Part shown: positions 1-9,348 of the stretch, piece by piece
How positions within the stretch are numbered: position 1 is the stretch's first letter
Layout of the letters: the number at the start of each line of letters is the position of its first letter
From: an uncultured delta proteobacterium
Lineage (GTDB): Bacteria; Myxococcota_A; Polyangia; Polyangiales; Polyangiaceae
NCBI GenBank assembly: GCA_963716725.1
Contig: CAVQUB010000012.1
Coordinates: 224,001-288,000 of the forward strand
Length of the DNA stretch: 64,000 bases
Direction of reading: 5' to 3'
Program-made: the position numbers and the translations under genes
The notes under the pieces: generated by a model
Told to the model about the DNA's origin: nothing
Database searches by the model: none
Seen by the model: the letters and a program-made list of their open reading frames with translations, nothing else

Positions 1-683
1 GTGCGCACGGCTGGAGCGGCCCTCGATTCGACCTCGTCTTCGGTGTAGACGGGCGGCATCGGGGCCGTGCTCCCTCTCAGCAAGCTCGGGGGAGTGAGTT
101 CGAGAAGTGACGACGGCGGCGGCGTGGGCAGCGGTGGCAGCTTCGCCGCGCTCGGAGTGGAGGGCGGCTTGGCGAAGGATGGGGCCGAAGGCAGCGGCGG
201 GAGCTTGGCTGCGCTCGGCGAGGTGCCGGAGCGACGGCTCGGAGGCGGCGTGGGGACCAGCACGCGCGGAGCGGACGCGACCGGCCTCGAGGCGAGAGGT
301 GCGAAAGCCAGCGGTGACGCCAGAGCCACCGTGGGACCGTCGTCGACGCCGTCGTCGTCGTCGTCGACGGGACGGATCGGTTCGAGTTGTGCCGGCTCAG
401 CGGCGAGCAGTTCGTCGTCGTGCACTTCTTCCACGATCGCTCCGCGGGGCGCGCGGGCGCTCGGCGGCGGTGGGCGGAAGCTCGCCGGCTTGCTTCCTCG
501 AAGGCTGGGCGGCGGGGGCACGGCGCGCGCGGACGGGGGGACGCCCTTCATCAATGTGGCCGCGGCGGTTGCCGGCGCCATGAAGCGCGGAGCAGGCAAA
601 GCGGTGTCGGTCTTCTTCAGCTCCGGAAAAAGAACGTCGAGGTTCGGTTTTTCGTTCGAAGGTGATGAATTGAGGTTGGCCAT
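1..683 (-). CDS. Pro-rich hypothetical protein, N-terminal part (runs off the window start)
   Basis: ATG at 683 after AAAGGGAG RBS; reads MANLNSSPSNEKPNLDVLFPELKK... open to the window edge; internal duplication PSAAKLPPLP (about 128-156 and 190-218). Absent from the ORF track because no stop lies in the window. Confidence 0.7.
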   Translation of the reverse strand, partial: MANLNSSPSNEKPNLDVLFPELKKTDTALPAPRFMAPATAAATLMKGVPPSARAVPPPPSLRGSKPASFRPPPPSARAPRGAIVEEVHDDELLAAEPAQLEPIRPVDDDDDGVDDGPTVALASPLAFAPLASRPVASAPRVLVPTPPPSRRSGTSPSAAKLPPLPSAPSFAKPPSTPSAAKLPPLPTPPPSSLLELTPPSLLRGSTAPMPPVYTEDEVESRAAPAVR

Positions 684-894
684 TTGCTCCCTTTCGTCCG
701 GTCGGCTGTCCGGAACGGACGCGAAACCATACACGCAATCCCAATGTGTGCACGCCGGATCTCCCGGAGATCAGGAGGTTTCATTTCAGGGAGCCGGTAA
801 GGTTCCGCTGGCGGTGCTCGAGAGGTGCGACAGCCCGGCTGGTTCTCCCACATGTGGCCACATCGCCTCGCGACCCCTGAAGTAAGCTGCTGAG

Positions 895-1116
895 GTGGCT
901 GAACGACACGACGTCGAAGCTCGCTTGGTGGAACTCGAAGTTCGCTTCACGCACCAGGATCGCGCGCTCTCGGACGTGAGCGCGGTGGTCTACCGGCAGC
1001 AGCAATTGATCGAACAGCTCGAGCGACGCCTGAAGTTTCTCGAGAAGCGGATCACCGACGCGGGCGAGCCCGCACCGCCGCGAGATCCCAGCGACGACGT
1101 GCCGCCGCACTATTGA
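895..1116 (+). CDS. slyX: SlyX family protein
   Basis: 73 aa coiled coil RLVELEVRFTHQD...QQQLIEQLERRL with the characteristic C-terminal PPHY. Confidence 0.9.
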   Translation: MAERHDVEARLVELEVRFTHQDRALSDVSAVVYRQQQLIEQLERRLKFLEKRITDAGEPAPPRDPSDDVPPHY

Positions 1117-1129
1117 GCCACTCGCCGGT

Positions 1130-2122
1130 TCAGCCGCGCAGAAGCCCGCGTTCCCGGAAATACGCAATCGCATCCCTGAGCGTCTCTCGCAGCGGACGGT
1201 AGACCGCGCCGAGTTCCTGCTCCGAGCGTTTGCCCGAGAAGAAGCACGGCCTGGTGCTGTACTCGAAGAAGTTGCGGCTCAGTAGCGGCTCCGTGTTCGC
1301 GCGCCGAGCCTGCGCTTCCATCGCCTTCACGAGGCCACGCGCGACGCCGACCGGGATCTTGAAGTAACGCCGGGAGCGCCCTGCGGCATCATCGATGGAT
1401 TGCATGAGCTCGAGGGCCGATAGGTTGTGCGCGGTCGTCACGTAGCGGCGCCCCGCTCGGCCGCTCTCGGCGGCGCGCACGTGAACCTCGGCGGCGTCGC
1501 GCACGTCGACGTACGACGCTCCGCCGTCCATGTACACCGGCGGGCTGCCCGAGAGCGTGTTGATGATGAGCTTGCCGCTCGGGGTCGGCGAGATGTCCCC
1601 GGGACCGAGCACCACACCAGGGCACACCACCCGCAGGTCGAGATCCCACCGAGAAAAGTCCTCGGCGAGCTCGCGGCTGTGGAACTTGGCCCGGCTGTAG
1701 GCGAAATCGAGATCCCAGGCTTCGTAAGCCGTGTCTTCGTCGGCGAGTCCGCCGAGTGGGGGACGTCCGAGTGCCACGATGCTCGCGGTGTACACCACAC
1801 GAGCCACGCCCGCGCGCCGTGCCGCCTCGAGCATGTTGAACGTGCCGCTCATGTTCACGCGGTACATGTCCGTGGGATCCGGCGCCCATGCCTTGTAGAT
1901 GGCGGCGGCGTGGAACACGGTGTCGCGGCCCGCAACGGCCCGCTCGCACGCCTCCCGCGAGAGGATGTCGCCACGCAGCAGTTCGACGTCGAGCCCACGC
2001 AGGTTGTCCGTGGGCTCGTTGGGCAGCGCGAGCACGCGCACGTGCTTGCCTCGTGCGATCAACGCCCGAACGATAGCGCTGCCGAGGAATCCGCAGCCGC
2101 CGGTGACCAATGCCGATTTCAT
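1130..2122 (-). CDS. NAD-dependent epimerase/dehydratase (dihydroflavonol reductase / HpnA-like extended SDR)
   Basis: TGGCGFLG Rossmann motif, VFHAAA, YSRAK (YxxxK), GPGDISPTPSG typical of HpnA/DFR-like proteins. Confidence 0.85.
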   Translation of the reverse strand: MKSALVTGGCGFLGSAIVRALIARGKHVRVLALPNEPTDNLRGLDVELLRGDILSREACERAVAGRDTVFHAAAIYKAWAPDPTDMYRVNMSGTFNMLEAARRAGVARVVYTASIVALGRPPLGGLADEDTAYEAWDLDFAYSRAKFHSRELAEDFSRWDLDLRVVCPGVVLGPGDISPTPSGKLIINTLSGSPPVYMDGGASYVDVRDAAEVHVRAAESGRAGRRYVTTAHNLSALELMQSIDDAAGRSRRYFKIPVGVARGLVKAMEAQARRANTEPLLSRNFFEYSTRPCFFSGKRSEQELGAVYRPLRETLRDAIAYFRERGLLRG

Positions 2123-2150
2123 GTCTCTCCTTGCTGCGGAGCCCTGCGCG

Positions 2151-3110
2151 TCAGAAGCTCCACTTCCCGCTGAACCCGCTAGGGTTCACTCCCAGCGAAA
2201 CGCTCGCGGCCTTCGGCTTCGATTCACTGCCTGTGAGCAGCAGGTAGATCCCGACGCTACCCGCGACGGCCGCGACTCCGAAGGAGACGTTGGCTAGCGC
2301 GCGGTGGGTCAAAGCTCGGTCGTGCGCGTCCGCGTCCGTTTTGCCCGAGTCGTCGAAATCGCTCTTCGCCGACAGCGTTTGCACGCCAAAGTAGGCACCA
2401 GCACCCGCCGCCACGACTCCCGTGCCCAGCGCGACCCACCCCCAAGTGCACGAGGAACAAGTCGTCGTCGTCGTCTCTCTCGTCGGCGGCGATGTCGGGG
2501 CGAGCGGGACCGTCGCGGGCGCCGGCGTGGCGGACGGCTCTGCTGGGCGCTGCGCTGCGGCGTCGCTCGTTCCTTCGACTTCCACCGTTGTCGCGACCCC
2601 GGCCTTCAGCACGACATCGCGCTCGGCGCGAGTGCCATCGCGCCTTTCGAACACGAGCCGGTGAGCCCCCGGAGCCAAGTGAAAGTGCGCCGGGACCGCG
2701 GCCCTGGTTACGTGGGAAACGCTGACGTTCGCGCCGAGTGGCGTCGCCACGAACACGTAGCCGAGCATGGGCTTGAGCACCGCGAGGCGCGTCCTCGCGG
2801 CTCTTGCGCGATCGGCATCGAGTCCCTCGGACTCCAATGCACTCTCGAAAGCGTCCGCCGCGCGGGCCGGCTCGTTGGCCTTCTCCCAGGCGAGCGCGGC
2901 GTTGTACTTGGTTGCCGGATGAGGCTTGGCTCGGTAGGCCTCTTCGAAGGCGGCGGCGGCCGTCGCGTAGTCGTTCTTCGCAAACGCGGCCCGCGCTTTC
3001 TGGTCGAGCTCGGCGGCTTCGTCGGCCCACGACGGCGCGCTCCAAACGAGGTATGCCAGCGTCAGGCACCGGGCCCAACGCGCCCTGTTCACGGGTCGAC
3101 GACGGGTCAT
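2151..3110 (-). CDS. Exported TPR + PEGA-like domain protein with C-terminal membrane segments
   Basis: Signal peptide, TPR-like AFEEAYRAKPHPATKYNAALAWEK, beta-rich PEGA-like LAPGAHRLVFE, hydrophobic C-terminal helices, terminal GKWSF; ATGA overlap with the kinase stop. Confidence 0.75.
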   Translation of the reverse strand: MTRRRPVNRARWARCLTLAYLVWSAPSWADEAAELDQKARAAFAKNDYATAAAAFEEAYRAKPHPATKYNAALAWEKANEPARAADAFESALESEGLDADRARAARTRLAVLKPMLGYVFVATPLGANVSVSHVTRAAVPAHFHLAPGAHRLVFERRDGTRAERDVVLKAGVATTVEVEGTSDAAAQRPAEPSATPAPATVPLAPTSPPTRETTTTTCSSCTWGWVALGTGVVAAGAGAYFGVQTLSAKSDFDDSGKTDADAHDRALTHRALANVSFGVAAVAGSVGIYLLLTGSESKPKAASVSLGVNPSGFSGKWSF

Positions 3111-4765
3111 TTCTCGTACGGGGTGGGAGCGAGGCCGGGAAGATCCGGGGCCTTGGGGGATTCTCTCACGACTTTGCCGGGTGCGGCAGCTCCTCCCTGC
3201 TTCTTGGGCTCGGGAAAGATCAGCGCCACCGTCTCGGTGCCGGCGGGCGCGTTGGCCTTTGCCTTCCTCTGGTCTTGGGCCACGGCCTCGAGCTCCAACG
3301 CCCTACCGCTCTCGGAGTTCTCGAGCGTGATCCGGAGGCTCTTGTTCGGAGCACCGACGAGCACCGATCGGCCGTTGAGTTGAAGGCTCTTGATCGGCAC
3401 ATTGGCCTCCACCCTGAGCTGAGGCGGGGCAGGCGCTGAGCTCGCCAATGGGGCAATCGAGGCCCGGTTTGCCGGCGCCGTGACGGGTGCTGGTGTCGCC
3501 GCCACGGTGGCATGCGCGTCGGCGCGCGACTGGCTGCGTCCGAACCACCACGCGGCAAATGCGATGGCTATCACGCCGCTGGCGCCGAGGGACGCGATCA
3601 CTCCTCGACGCGTTGCGCTCGCCGGGGGCGGCGCGACGCCGGACTGGCTGAAGCGCGCCAGGCTGGCGGCGGAGATCGCGCTCGTCGTCTCTTCGGCCCG
3701 GCCGCCGAGACTGGGCGTCGCGGTGTCCGTGGCGGCGTGGGTCGCGGCCGCGCTGACCTGCGCCAGGCTGCCTCGCAGCCGGATGACGCGACTGACCTGT
3801 TCGCGGCGAGCGTCAATCTTGTTCCGCGCCGTGGCTTGGACGAACTCGCTCACCTCGTGGGTGTCCGCCAGGCCCCCAGCGCTCTTCCACGCATCGGCGA
3901 CGCGTCGGCGCAGCTCGTCCGCGCTCGAGCAGCGCTGGTCCACGTCCATGGTGAGGGCGCTGGCCACCACGTCGTCGAGCTCTTGGGGAATGTCTGGTCG
4001 GATGCTCGACACCCGCGGCGGCGGCTCGTTGACGATCTTGAGCAGCATCGCGACCTGATCTTCGGAGCGATACAGGCGTTGGCCGGCCAGGATTTCCCAG
4101 GCCACGACCCCTGCCGCCCAGACGTCGCAGCGGCGGTCGACTCGCTTTCCGAGGGCCTGCTCCGGCGCCATGTAGGCGACCTTGCCCTTGATGATGCCAG
4201 AGCTCGTCACATTCACGCGCCCGGACGCCTTGGCGACGCCGAAGTCCGTGAGGCGGGTGACACCGTCGGTGCCGACCAGGATGTTCTGGGGGCTGAAGTC
4301 GCGGTGCACGAGATCCAGCAACAGGCCGTCGTCGTCCCGGAGCTCGTGGGCTGCGTGCAGGCCGGCCAGCGCATCGACCAAAATGCGCCCGGCGATGGGC
4401 AGCGGCATCATCGCCCCTTCGGCCCGAACTGCGCGATGGAGGCCGCTCAGCGTGTCGCCCTCCACGTATTCCATCACCAAGAACACACCGTGTGGGCTGT
4501 CGCCGACCTCGACCACCGACACGACGTTGGGGTGACGGATCCGCACCGCCAGCTTGGCCTCCTCCACGAGCGAAACGGTCGATTCCCGCCCCTCGGCGTT
4601 GAGGAAGGGGTGCATCAACTTGAGCGCGACCTCGCGGTGCACGTCACCGATCACCGCCACGCGGGCCAGGTAGACCGTTGCCATACCGCCCGTCCCAATG
4701 GGCAGCATGAGCTGGTAGCGACCCACACGCTCCGGGTGGGGCGGTGCGGAGTCGTCGACAGGCAT
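3107..4765 (-). CDS. Hanks-type Ser/Thr protein kinase, membrane-anchored
   Basis: IGTGGMATVY, VALK, HRDFSPQNIL, DFG, YMAPEQ, DVWAAG motifs; TM helix and Pro-rich tail. Likely start MPVDD at 4765; the longer track ORF is antisense to the M20 gene. Confidence 0.93.
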   Translation of the reverse strand: MPVDDSAPPHPERVGRYQLMLPIGTGGMATVYLARVAVIGDVHREVALKLMHPFLNAEGRESTVSLVEEAKLAVRIRHPNVVSVVEVGDSPHGVFLVMEYVEGDTLSGLHRAVRAEGAMMPLPIAGRILVDALAGLHAAHELRDDDGLLLDLVHRDFSPQNILVGTDGVTRLTDFGVAKASGRVNVTSSGIIKGKVAYMAPEQALGKRVDRRCDVWAAGVVAWEILAGQRLYRSEDQVAMLLKIVNEPPPRVSSIRPDIPQELDDVVASALTMDVDQRCSSADELRRRVADAWKSAGGLADTHEVSEFVQATARNKIDARREQVSRVIRLRGSLAQVSAAATHAATDTATPSLGGRAEETTSAISAASLARFSQSGVAPPPASATRRGVIASLGASGVIAIAFAAWWFGRSQSRADAHATVAATPAPVTAPANRASIAPLASSAPAPPQLRVEANVPIKSLQLNGRSVLVGAPNKSLRITLENSESGRALELEAVAQDQRKAKANAPAGTETVALIFPEPKKQGGAAAPGKVVRESPKAPDLPGLAPTPYEK

Positions 4766-4825
4766 GGGCGCCGACAGAATACCACGGTTTTCCCGGGCCT
4801 CCGGGTGTATGACCTGCCCTTGGAA

Positions 4826-6175
4826 ATGCACGCGAACGAACCCGAGAAAACCGCGGTCGAGGCCCTCGAACTCTTCAAGGAACTGCTGCGCATCGACACC
4901 ACCAACCCGCCCGGCAACGAGCGACCTGCCGCCGAGCTGCTCGCGCGTCTCTTCGAGCGAGAAGGCATCGAGTACTCGGTCGTCGAGAGTGAACCGACGC
5001 GAGCCAGTGTCGTCGCACGACTCCGGGGAACGGGCGATCGGGGGGCCTTGCTGTTGAACGGTCATCTCGACGTGGTCCCCGTCGACCGAGAGGCCTGGTC
5101 GCACGATCCCTTCGCCGCCGTCGAAGCCGATGGCTGCATTTGGGGGCGCGGCGCCATCGACATGAAGAACATGGTCGCGATGAGCGCCATGACCTTGGTC
5201 CAGCTCAAGCGGTCGGGGGTGCGGCTCAGCCGCGACCTGATCTTCGCCGGTGTCGCCGACGAAGAAGCGGGCTCCAATCACGGGGCGCTGTTCTTGGTGC
5301 AGCAGCACCCAGATCTGGTGCGGTCGGAGTACGTGTTGAACGAAGTCGGCGGGCACACCCTCCACATGGGCGCTTCGCGCTTCTATCCGGTGCAGGTTTC
5401 CGAGAAGGGGATCTGCTGGTTCGAGCTGGTGGCCACCGGCGAGCCGGGCCACGGGTCGATGCCGCACCCGAACAACGCGGTGGTGAAGCTCGCTCGAGCC
5501 ATCCGCGCGCTGGGTGAGACGCGGTTGCCGCAGCGGGTCACGCCCGTGGTCGCGGGGTTCTTGCGCACTCTGGCCCGCGGCGCGCCTTTCCCCCAGAGCA
5601 AGCTCCTGCCCCTGATGCTCGAGCCTCGCCTGGCCGGGTTCCTGCTCGATACGCTGGAGCGACAGAACCCCGACCAGGCGCGCGCCATCGGCGCCATGCT
5701 GCGCAACACCGTCTCGCCCACGATCCTCAGGGCGGGCCGCAAAGTGAACGTGATCCCCTCGGAAGCTCGCGCCGAGCTCGACGGGCGCGTGGTTCCCGGC
5801 ACGAGCGTGGGGGAGTTCTTGGCCGAGGTGCAAGACGTCATCGGCCGCGACCTGCGCCTCAACGTGCTCGAGCAGCACGACGGAACCGTCTTCGAGACCC
5901 ACACCCCGCTCTATGACGCCATCGTCGAGGCCGTCGGACGCAACGACCCGGGCGGCATCGTCGTTCCTTACATGATCCCGGGCTTCACCGACTCCTTCGC
6001 CTACGCTCGACTCGGCGCGACTTGCTACGGCTTTTCGCCGGTGCGGCTGCCTCCGGATCTCAACTTCACGCGCATGTACCACGGGCACGACGAGCGCATC
6101 CCGATCGACGGTTTCAGCTGGGGCTTCAAGTTGTTGTCGCAGCTGGTTGGTGATTTCTGCGCGAGCGGAGCCTGA
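4826..6175 (+). CDS. M20/M25/M40 family metallo-hydrolase (peptidase/deacylase)
   Basis: RIDTTNPPGNE, LNGHLDVV, GRGAIDMK, DEEAG, HGHDERI motifs; start MHANEPEK. Confidence 0.9.
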   Translation: MHANEPEKTAVEALELFKELLRIDTTNPPGNERPAAELLARLFEREGIEYSVVESEPTRASVVARLRGTGDRGALLLNGHLDVVPVDREAWSHDPFAAVEADGCIWGRGAIDMKNMVAMSAMTLVQLKRSGVRLSRDLIFAGVADEEAGSNHGALFLVQQHPDLVRSEYVLNEVGGHTLHMGASRFYPVQVSEKGICWFELVATGEPGHGSMPHPNNAVVKLARAIRALGETRLPQRVTPVVAGFLRTLARGAPFPQSKLLPLMLEPRLAGFLLDTLERQNPDQARAIGAMLRNTVSPTILRAGRKVNVIPSEARAELDGRVVPGTSVGEFLAEVQDVIGRDLRLNVLEQHDGTVFETHTPLYDAIVEAVGRNDPGGIVVPYMIPGFTDSFAYARLGATCYGFSPVRLPPDLNFTRMYHGHDERIPIDGFSWGFKLLSQLVGDFCASGA

Positions 6176-6180
6176 ACGAG

Positions 6181-6843
6181 ATGTCGAATCGCACGCTGGC
6201 CGTCACCGACCGTATCTACGAGTACTTGCTGGCGACCACCGTGCGCGAGCCCAGGGTGCTGGCCGAGCTTCGGGAGGAGACCCAACGTCTTCCCATGGCC
6301 CGGATGCAGATCGCTCCCGAGCAAGGCCAGCTGATGGGGCTCTTGGTCGAACTCATCGGCGCGCGCCGTGCGCTCGAGATCGGCGTGTTCACCGGTTACA
6401 GCGCAATCGCCGTAGCTCTCGCGCTGCCAGCAGACGGGCTCCTGGTCGCCTGCGACGTGAACGAAGAGTGGACGAAACTGGCGCAGCAATACTTTGCGCG
6501 CGCCGGAGTCGCCGGCAAAATCGAGCTGCACCTGCGCCCGGCCGTCGAGACCTTGGACGCGCTGATCGCCAAGGGAGAGGCCGGAAGCTTCGACTTTGCG
6601 TTCGTGGACGCCGACAAGGAGAACTACGGCGCGTATTACGAGCGCTGTCTCGTGTTGCTCCGGACCGGTGGCCTGGTGGCGTTTGACAATGCGCTCTGGG
6701 GCGGCGATGTGGCCGAGCCCGAGAACCACGACACCGACACCGTCGCCATCCGGGAGCTGAACCGTCGAATCGCCGACGATCCACGGGTCAGCATCTCGCT
6801 CGTGCCCATCGGCGACGGCCTGCTCCTGGCGCGCAAGCGCTGA
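6181..6843 (+). CDS. Class I SAM-dependent O-methyltransferase (caffeoyl-CoA OMT-like)
   Basis: MQIAPEQGQ, LEIGVFTGYS, FDFAFVDADKENY, DNALWGG, PIGDGL. Confidence 0.92.
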   Translation: MSNRTLAVTDRIYEYLLATTVREPRVLAELREETQRLPMARMQIAPEQGQLMGLLVELIGARRALEIGVFTGYSAIAVALALPADGLLVACDVNEEWTKLAQQYFARAGVAGKIELHLRPAVETLDALIAKGEAGSFDFAFVDADKENYGAYYERCLVLLRTGGLVAFDNALWGGDVAEPENHDTDTVAIRELNRRIADDPRVSISLVPIGDGLLLARKR

Positions 6844-6847
6844 GGGT

Positions 6848-7603
6848 TCAGCTCGCGCGGAGCCCGGGCGGCAAGGCCCAATCGATCAGCTCGGAGTACT
6901 GGAGGCGCTGAGCGTCGCTCACGTCCTTCCAGGCGGCGCCGAGGAACTCGTGGAAGAGCTGAATCGCCAGCGCGTTCGCCCCGTGCTCCGTCGCCGATCC
7001 AGGGCGTTCGGCCTCCCACTTCGCCTGCTCGAGGGCGTGCTGCCGTAGCTTCTGAGAGCGCGCACGTCCGAGCCCCACGAAGCGATACGCCGCGGCTCCC
7101 GCGGCCTGGGTCGGGATCTGTGCCGCGTCGCGCGGCGCGCTGACGGCGTCGAGGGCGATCAGGGCAGCGCTGGCGGCGTAGTGAGCGCCCAGCGCGGCGT
7201 AGCGTACGACCACGGCGTCGGCATGGGGATCCAGCGGCGTGGCCTGACTCGAAGCCCGTGGCTCCCGCGCCAGTGATGCGCGGACGGCATCGGCCGTGGC
7301 GCGTTCCAGCGGCGTGAGCGAGGAGAAGAGCTCGGCCCGCGCCTTGCTTACAGTGGAGGCGTCGCGCTGACCGGTGATGAATCCGTCGAGGGCATCGAGG
7401 GCGTGCAGGACCGGAAGGCGCGCGGTTGGCGGCGCGCACAGCTCGACGGAATGCAGGGCGATGGTGCGGCACAAGTGCAGCAGTCCGCGGTGGATCGCGT
7501 CGCCTGGCGAGACGAGCCCCAGGGCCCTTTCGAAGGCCGCCGGAGCCGCGCCCGTCAGCTGCTCCGACGTCGGCACCAGTGGCAGTGCGCGGGGCTTGCC
7601 CAC
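6848..7603 (-). CDS. Hypothetical Ala-rich helical protein
   Basis: GTG start 2 nt after the serB stop (MGKPRALPLV...); 251 aa; weak resemblance to Imm5-like helical proteins. Confidence 0.6.
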   Translation of the reverse strand: MGKPRALPLVPTSEQLTGAAPAAFERALGLVSPGDAIHRGLLHLCRTIALHSVELCAPPTARLPVLHALDALDGFITGQRDASTVSKARAELFSSLTPLERATADAVRASLAREPRASSQATPLDPHADAVVVRYAALGAHYAASAALIALDAVSAPRDAAQIPTQAAGAAAYRFVGLGRARSQKLRQHALEQAKWEAERPGSATEHGANALAIQLFHEFLGAAWKDVSDAQRLQYSELIDWALPPGLRAS

Positions 7604-7605
7604 GG

Positions 7606-8821
7606 TTACTCGACGCCGCGCAGGTCGCGCGCGTGGAAGCCCATCAAGAAGAGCAGGGTGTCCAGTCGTTCGTGGTGGTTCAGGCTCATGTCGGCCACTT
7701 CTTGCAGCTTGGGCTTCGCGCGGAACGCGATGCCGAGCCCGGCGGCCTTCAACATGAGCATGTCGTTGGCGCCGTCGCCGATGGCCACCGTTTGCTCGAG
7801 CCGGCATCCGTACACCTTGGCCATGTCGCGGAGCACTTGAGCCTTGCGCTCACCGTCCACGATCGAACCTTGAACTCGGCCCGTGAGCACGCCGCCCTGG
7901 ACCTCGAGCTCGTTCGAGAACGCGAAGTCCAGGCCGAAGCGCTGCTTGAGCGGCTCGACGAAGAAGTCGAAGCCGCCGCTGACGAGCCCCACGCGGAAGC
8001 CCAGGCTCTTCAAGATGCGGACGAAACGCTCCGCGCCCAGCGTCAGCTCGAAGCGGGACGCCAGCTCCCGGGCGCGGTCCATGCTGAGGCCTTCCAGCAA
8101 CTTCACGCGCTCCGCCAGGGCGCTCTTGAAGTCCAGCTCGCCGCGCATTGCGCGAGCCGTGATGGCGGCGACCTGATTCTTTGACGCCCACGAGCGCGGC
8201 CAGTTCGTCGATGAACTCTCCCTTCACGAAGGTGGAGTCGACGTCCATCACCACCATGCGCTTGCTGCGGCGGTAGATGTCGTCGCGCTGCACGGCCAGA
8301 TCCACGCCGAGGGTGGCCCCCAGTTCCAAGAACTGGCCGCGGAGCTCGGCCAAGTCCTCGTGCTTGGGGCTCGGACCCGGCGGCAAGCCGGCGAGCAGCT
8401 CGAGCCCGTCGAGATCCTCGTCCGAGAGCGAACGGATCTCCATGATGTTCATTCCGCGGGTCGCCATGCTCCGAGTGATCGCAGCCACCGCGCGGCCATC
8501 CGCCAGCTGTCCAAGAACCGTGACGCAGAGGCCGCTGGGAAGCTGGTCGCCCAGCGCGGGCGCAGTGGGCTCGAACTTCGTGACCTCGAGTCGGAGCCCG
8601 AGCTCCGAAGCAAAGAACAACACCTCTCGAAGAGCCGCCGAACTCACCGGGATCTCGACGATGACGGACAGAGTCAAGTAGCCGTGCAGGACGTTCTGTC
8701 CGATGTCCACGAGGTGGGCGTTCTCTTTGGCGACGATCTCGGCGATGCGGGCCGTGACGCCCGGGCGATCGGGGCCTGCGAGGTGGAAGACCACGCGGTC
8801 TTTCTGGTTCGGATGGGTCAT
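7606..8821 (-). CDS. serB: Phosphoserine phosphatase SerB with ACT domains; single +1 frameshift near 8177
   Basis: ACT motif GPDRPGVT, HAD motif DVDST, LVSGGF, GDGAND. GTC AAA GAA TCA GGT becomes VKDQVAAITARAM if one base is removed, joining ORFs 7850..8869 and 7606..8148. Confidence 0.88.
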
Positions 8822-8927
8822 GGCTTCGCCGGTGTCGCGCCTGATAGGACTTTCGCTGCCGGATGGCAATCGCTCGGACTTGACCCGGCGCCCGACCTAC
8901 CTGAAAGTGAGCCACTCGGAGCACGAA

Positions 8928-9341
8928 ATGCGCGCGACCCTTCCCTGCATGCTCGTTCTGCTCGGGGCGCTACTGGCCTGTAAGAAGGAGTCTGCTCCAG
9001 CGGAGCAGCAGGCCGTCGCTGAGCCCGCGCCCGCGCCCGCAGCCCCAGCGCCCCCCGAGGAGACCATCGCCGACTTCAGGGGAGTGTTCATCTCCAACTG
9101 GGGCAAGGCCACCTGCACTCAGGTCAAGCGGAACGTCAACTGCCTCTATGCGGGCAAGAGCGGCTCGATGGATTGCAAGGTCGTCGGTGAAAACGAGCTC
9201 GACTGCGAGTGGGAGGAGCCCGGAGCGAGCGGCAAGGCGAAGCTCACCAAGAAGGCCGACGGCAAGGTCGCCGGCACCTGGGGCAACGGATCGAGTGCCA
9301 CCAACGGTGGCGCTTGGGTGTTCAAACCGGCAGCCAAGTGA
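8928..9341 (+). CDS. Small lipoprotein, beta-rich domain with 4 Cys
   Basis: Lipobox LLAC, Pro/Ala linker, then FRGVFISNWG...VAGTWG...GAWVFK. Confidence 0.7.
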   Translation: MRATLPCMLVLLGALLACKKESAPAEQQAVAEPAPAPAAPAPPEETIADFRGVFISNWGKATCTQVKRNVNCLYAGKSGSMDCKVVGENELDCEWEEPGASGKAKLTKKADGKVAGTWGNGSSATNGGAWVFKPAAK

Positions 9342-9348
9342 GGGTGCG

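Noticed and set aside
3512..6088. Apparent 993-aa kinase and 887-aa peptidase ORFs overlapping head to head
   Set aside because: The extensions are antisense shadows of each other's coding regions; family motifs begin only near 4765 (-) and 4826 (+).
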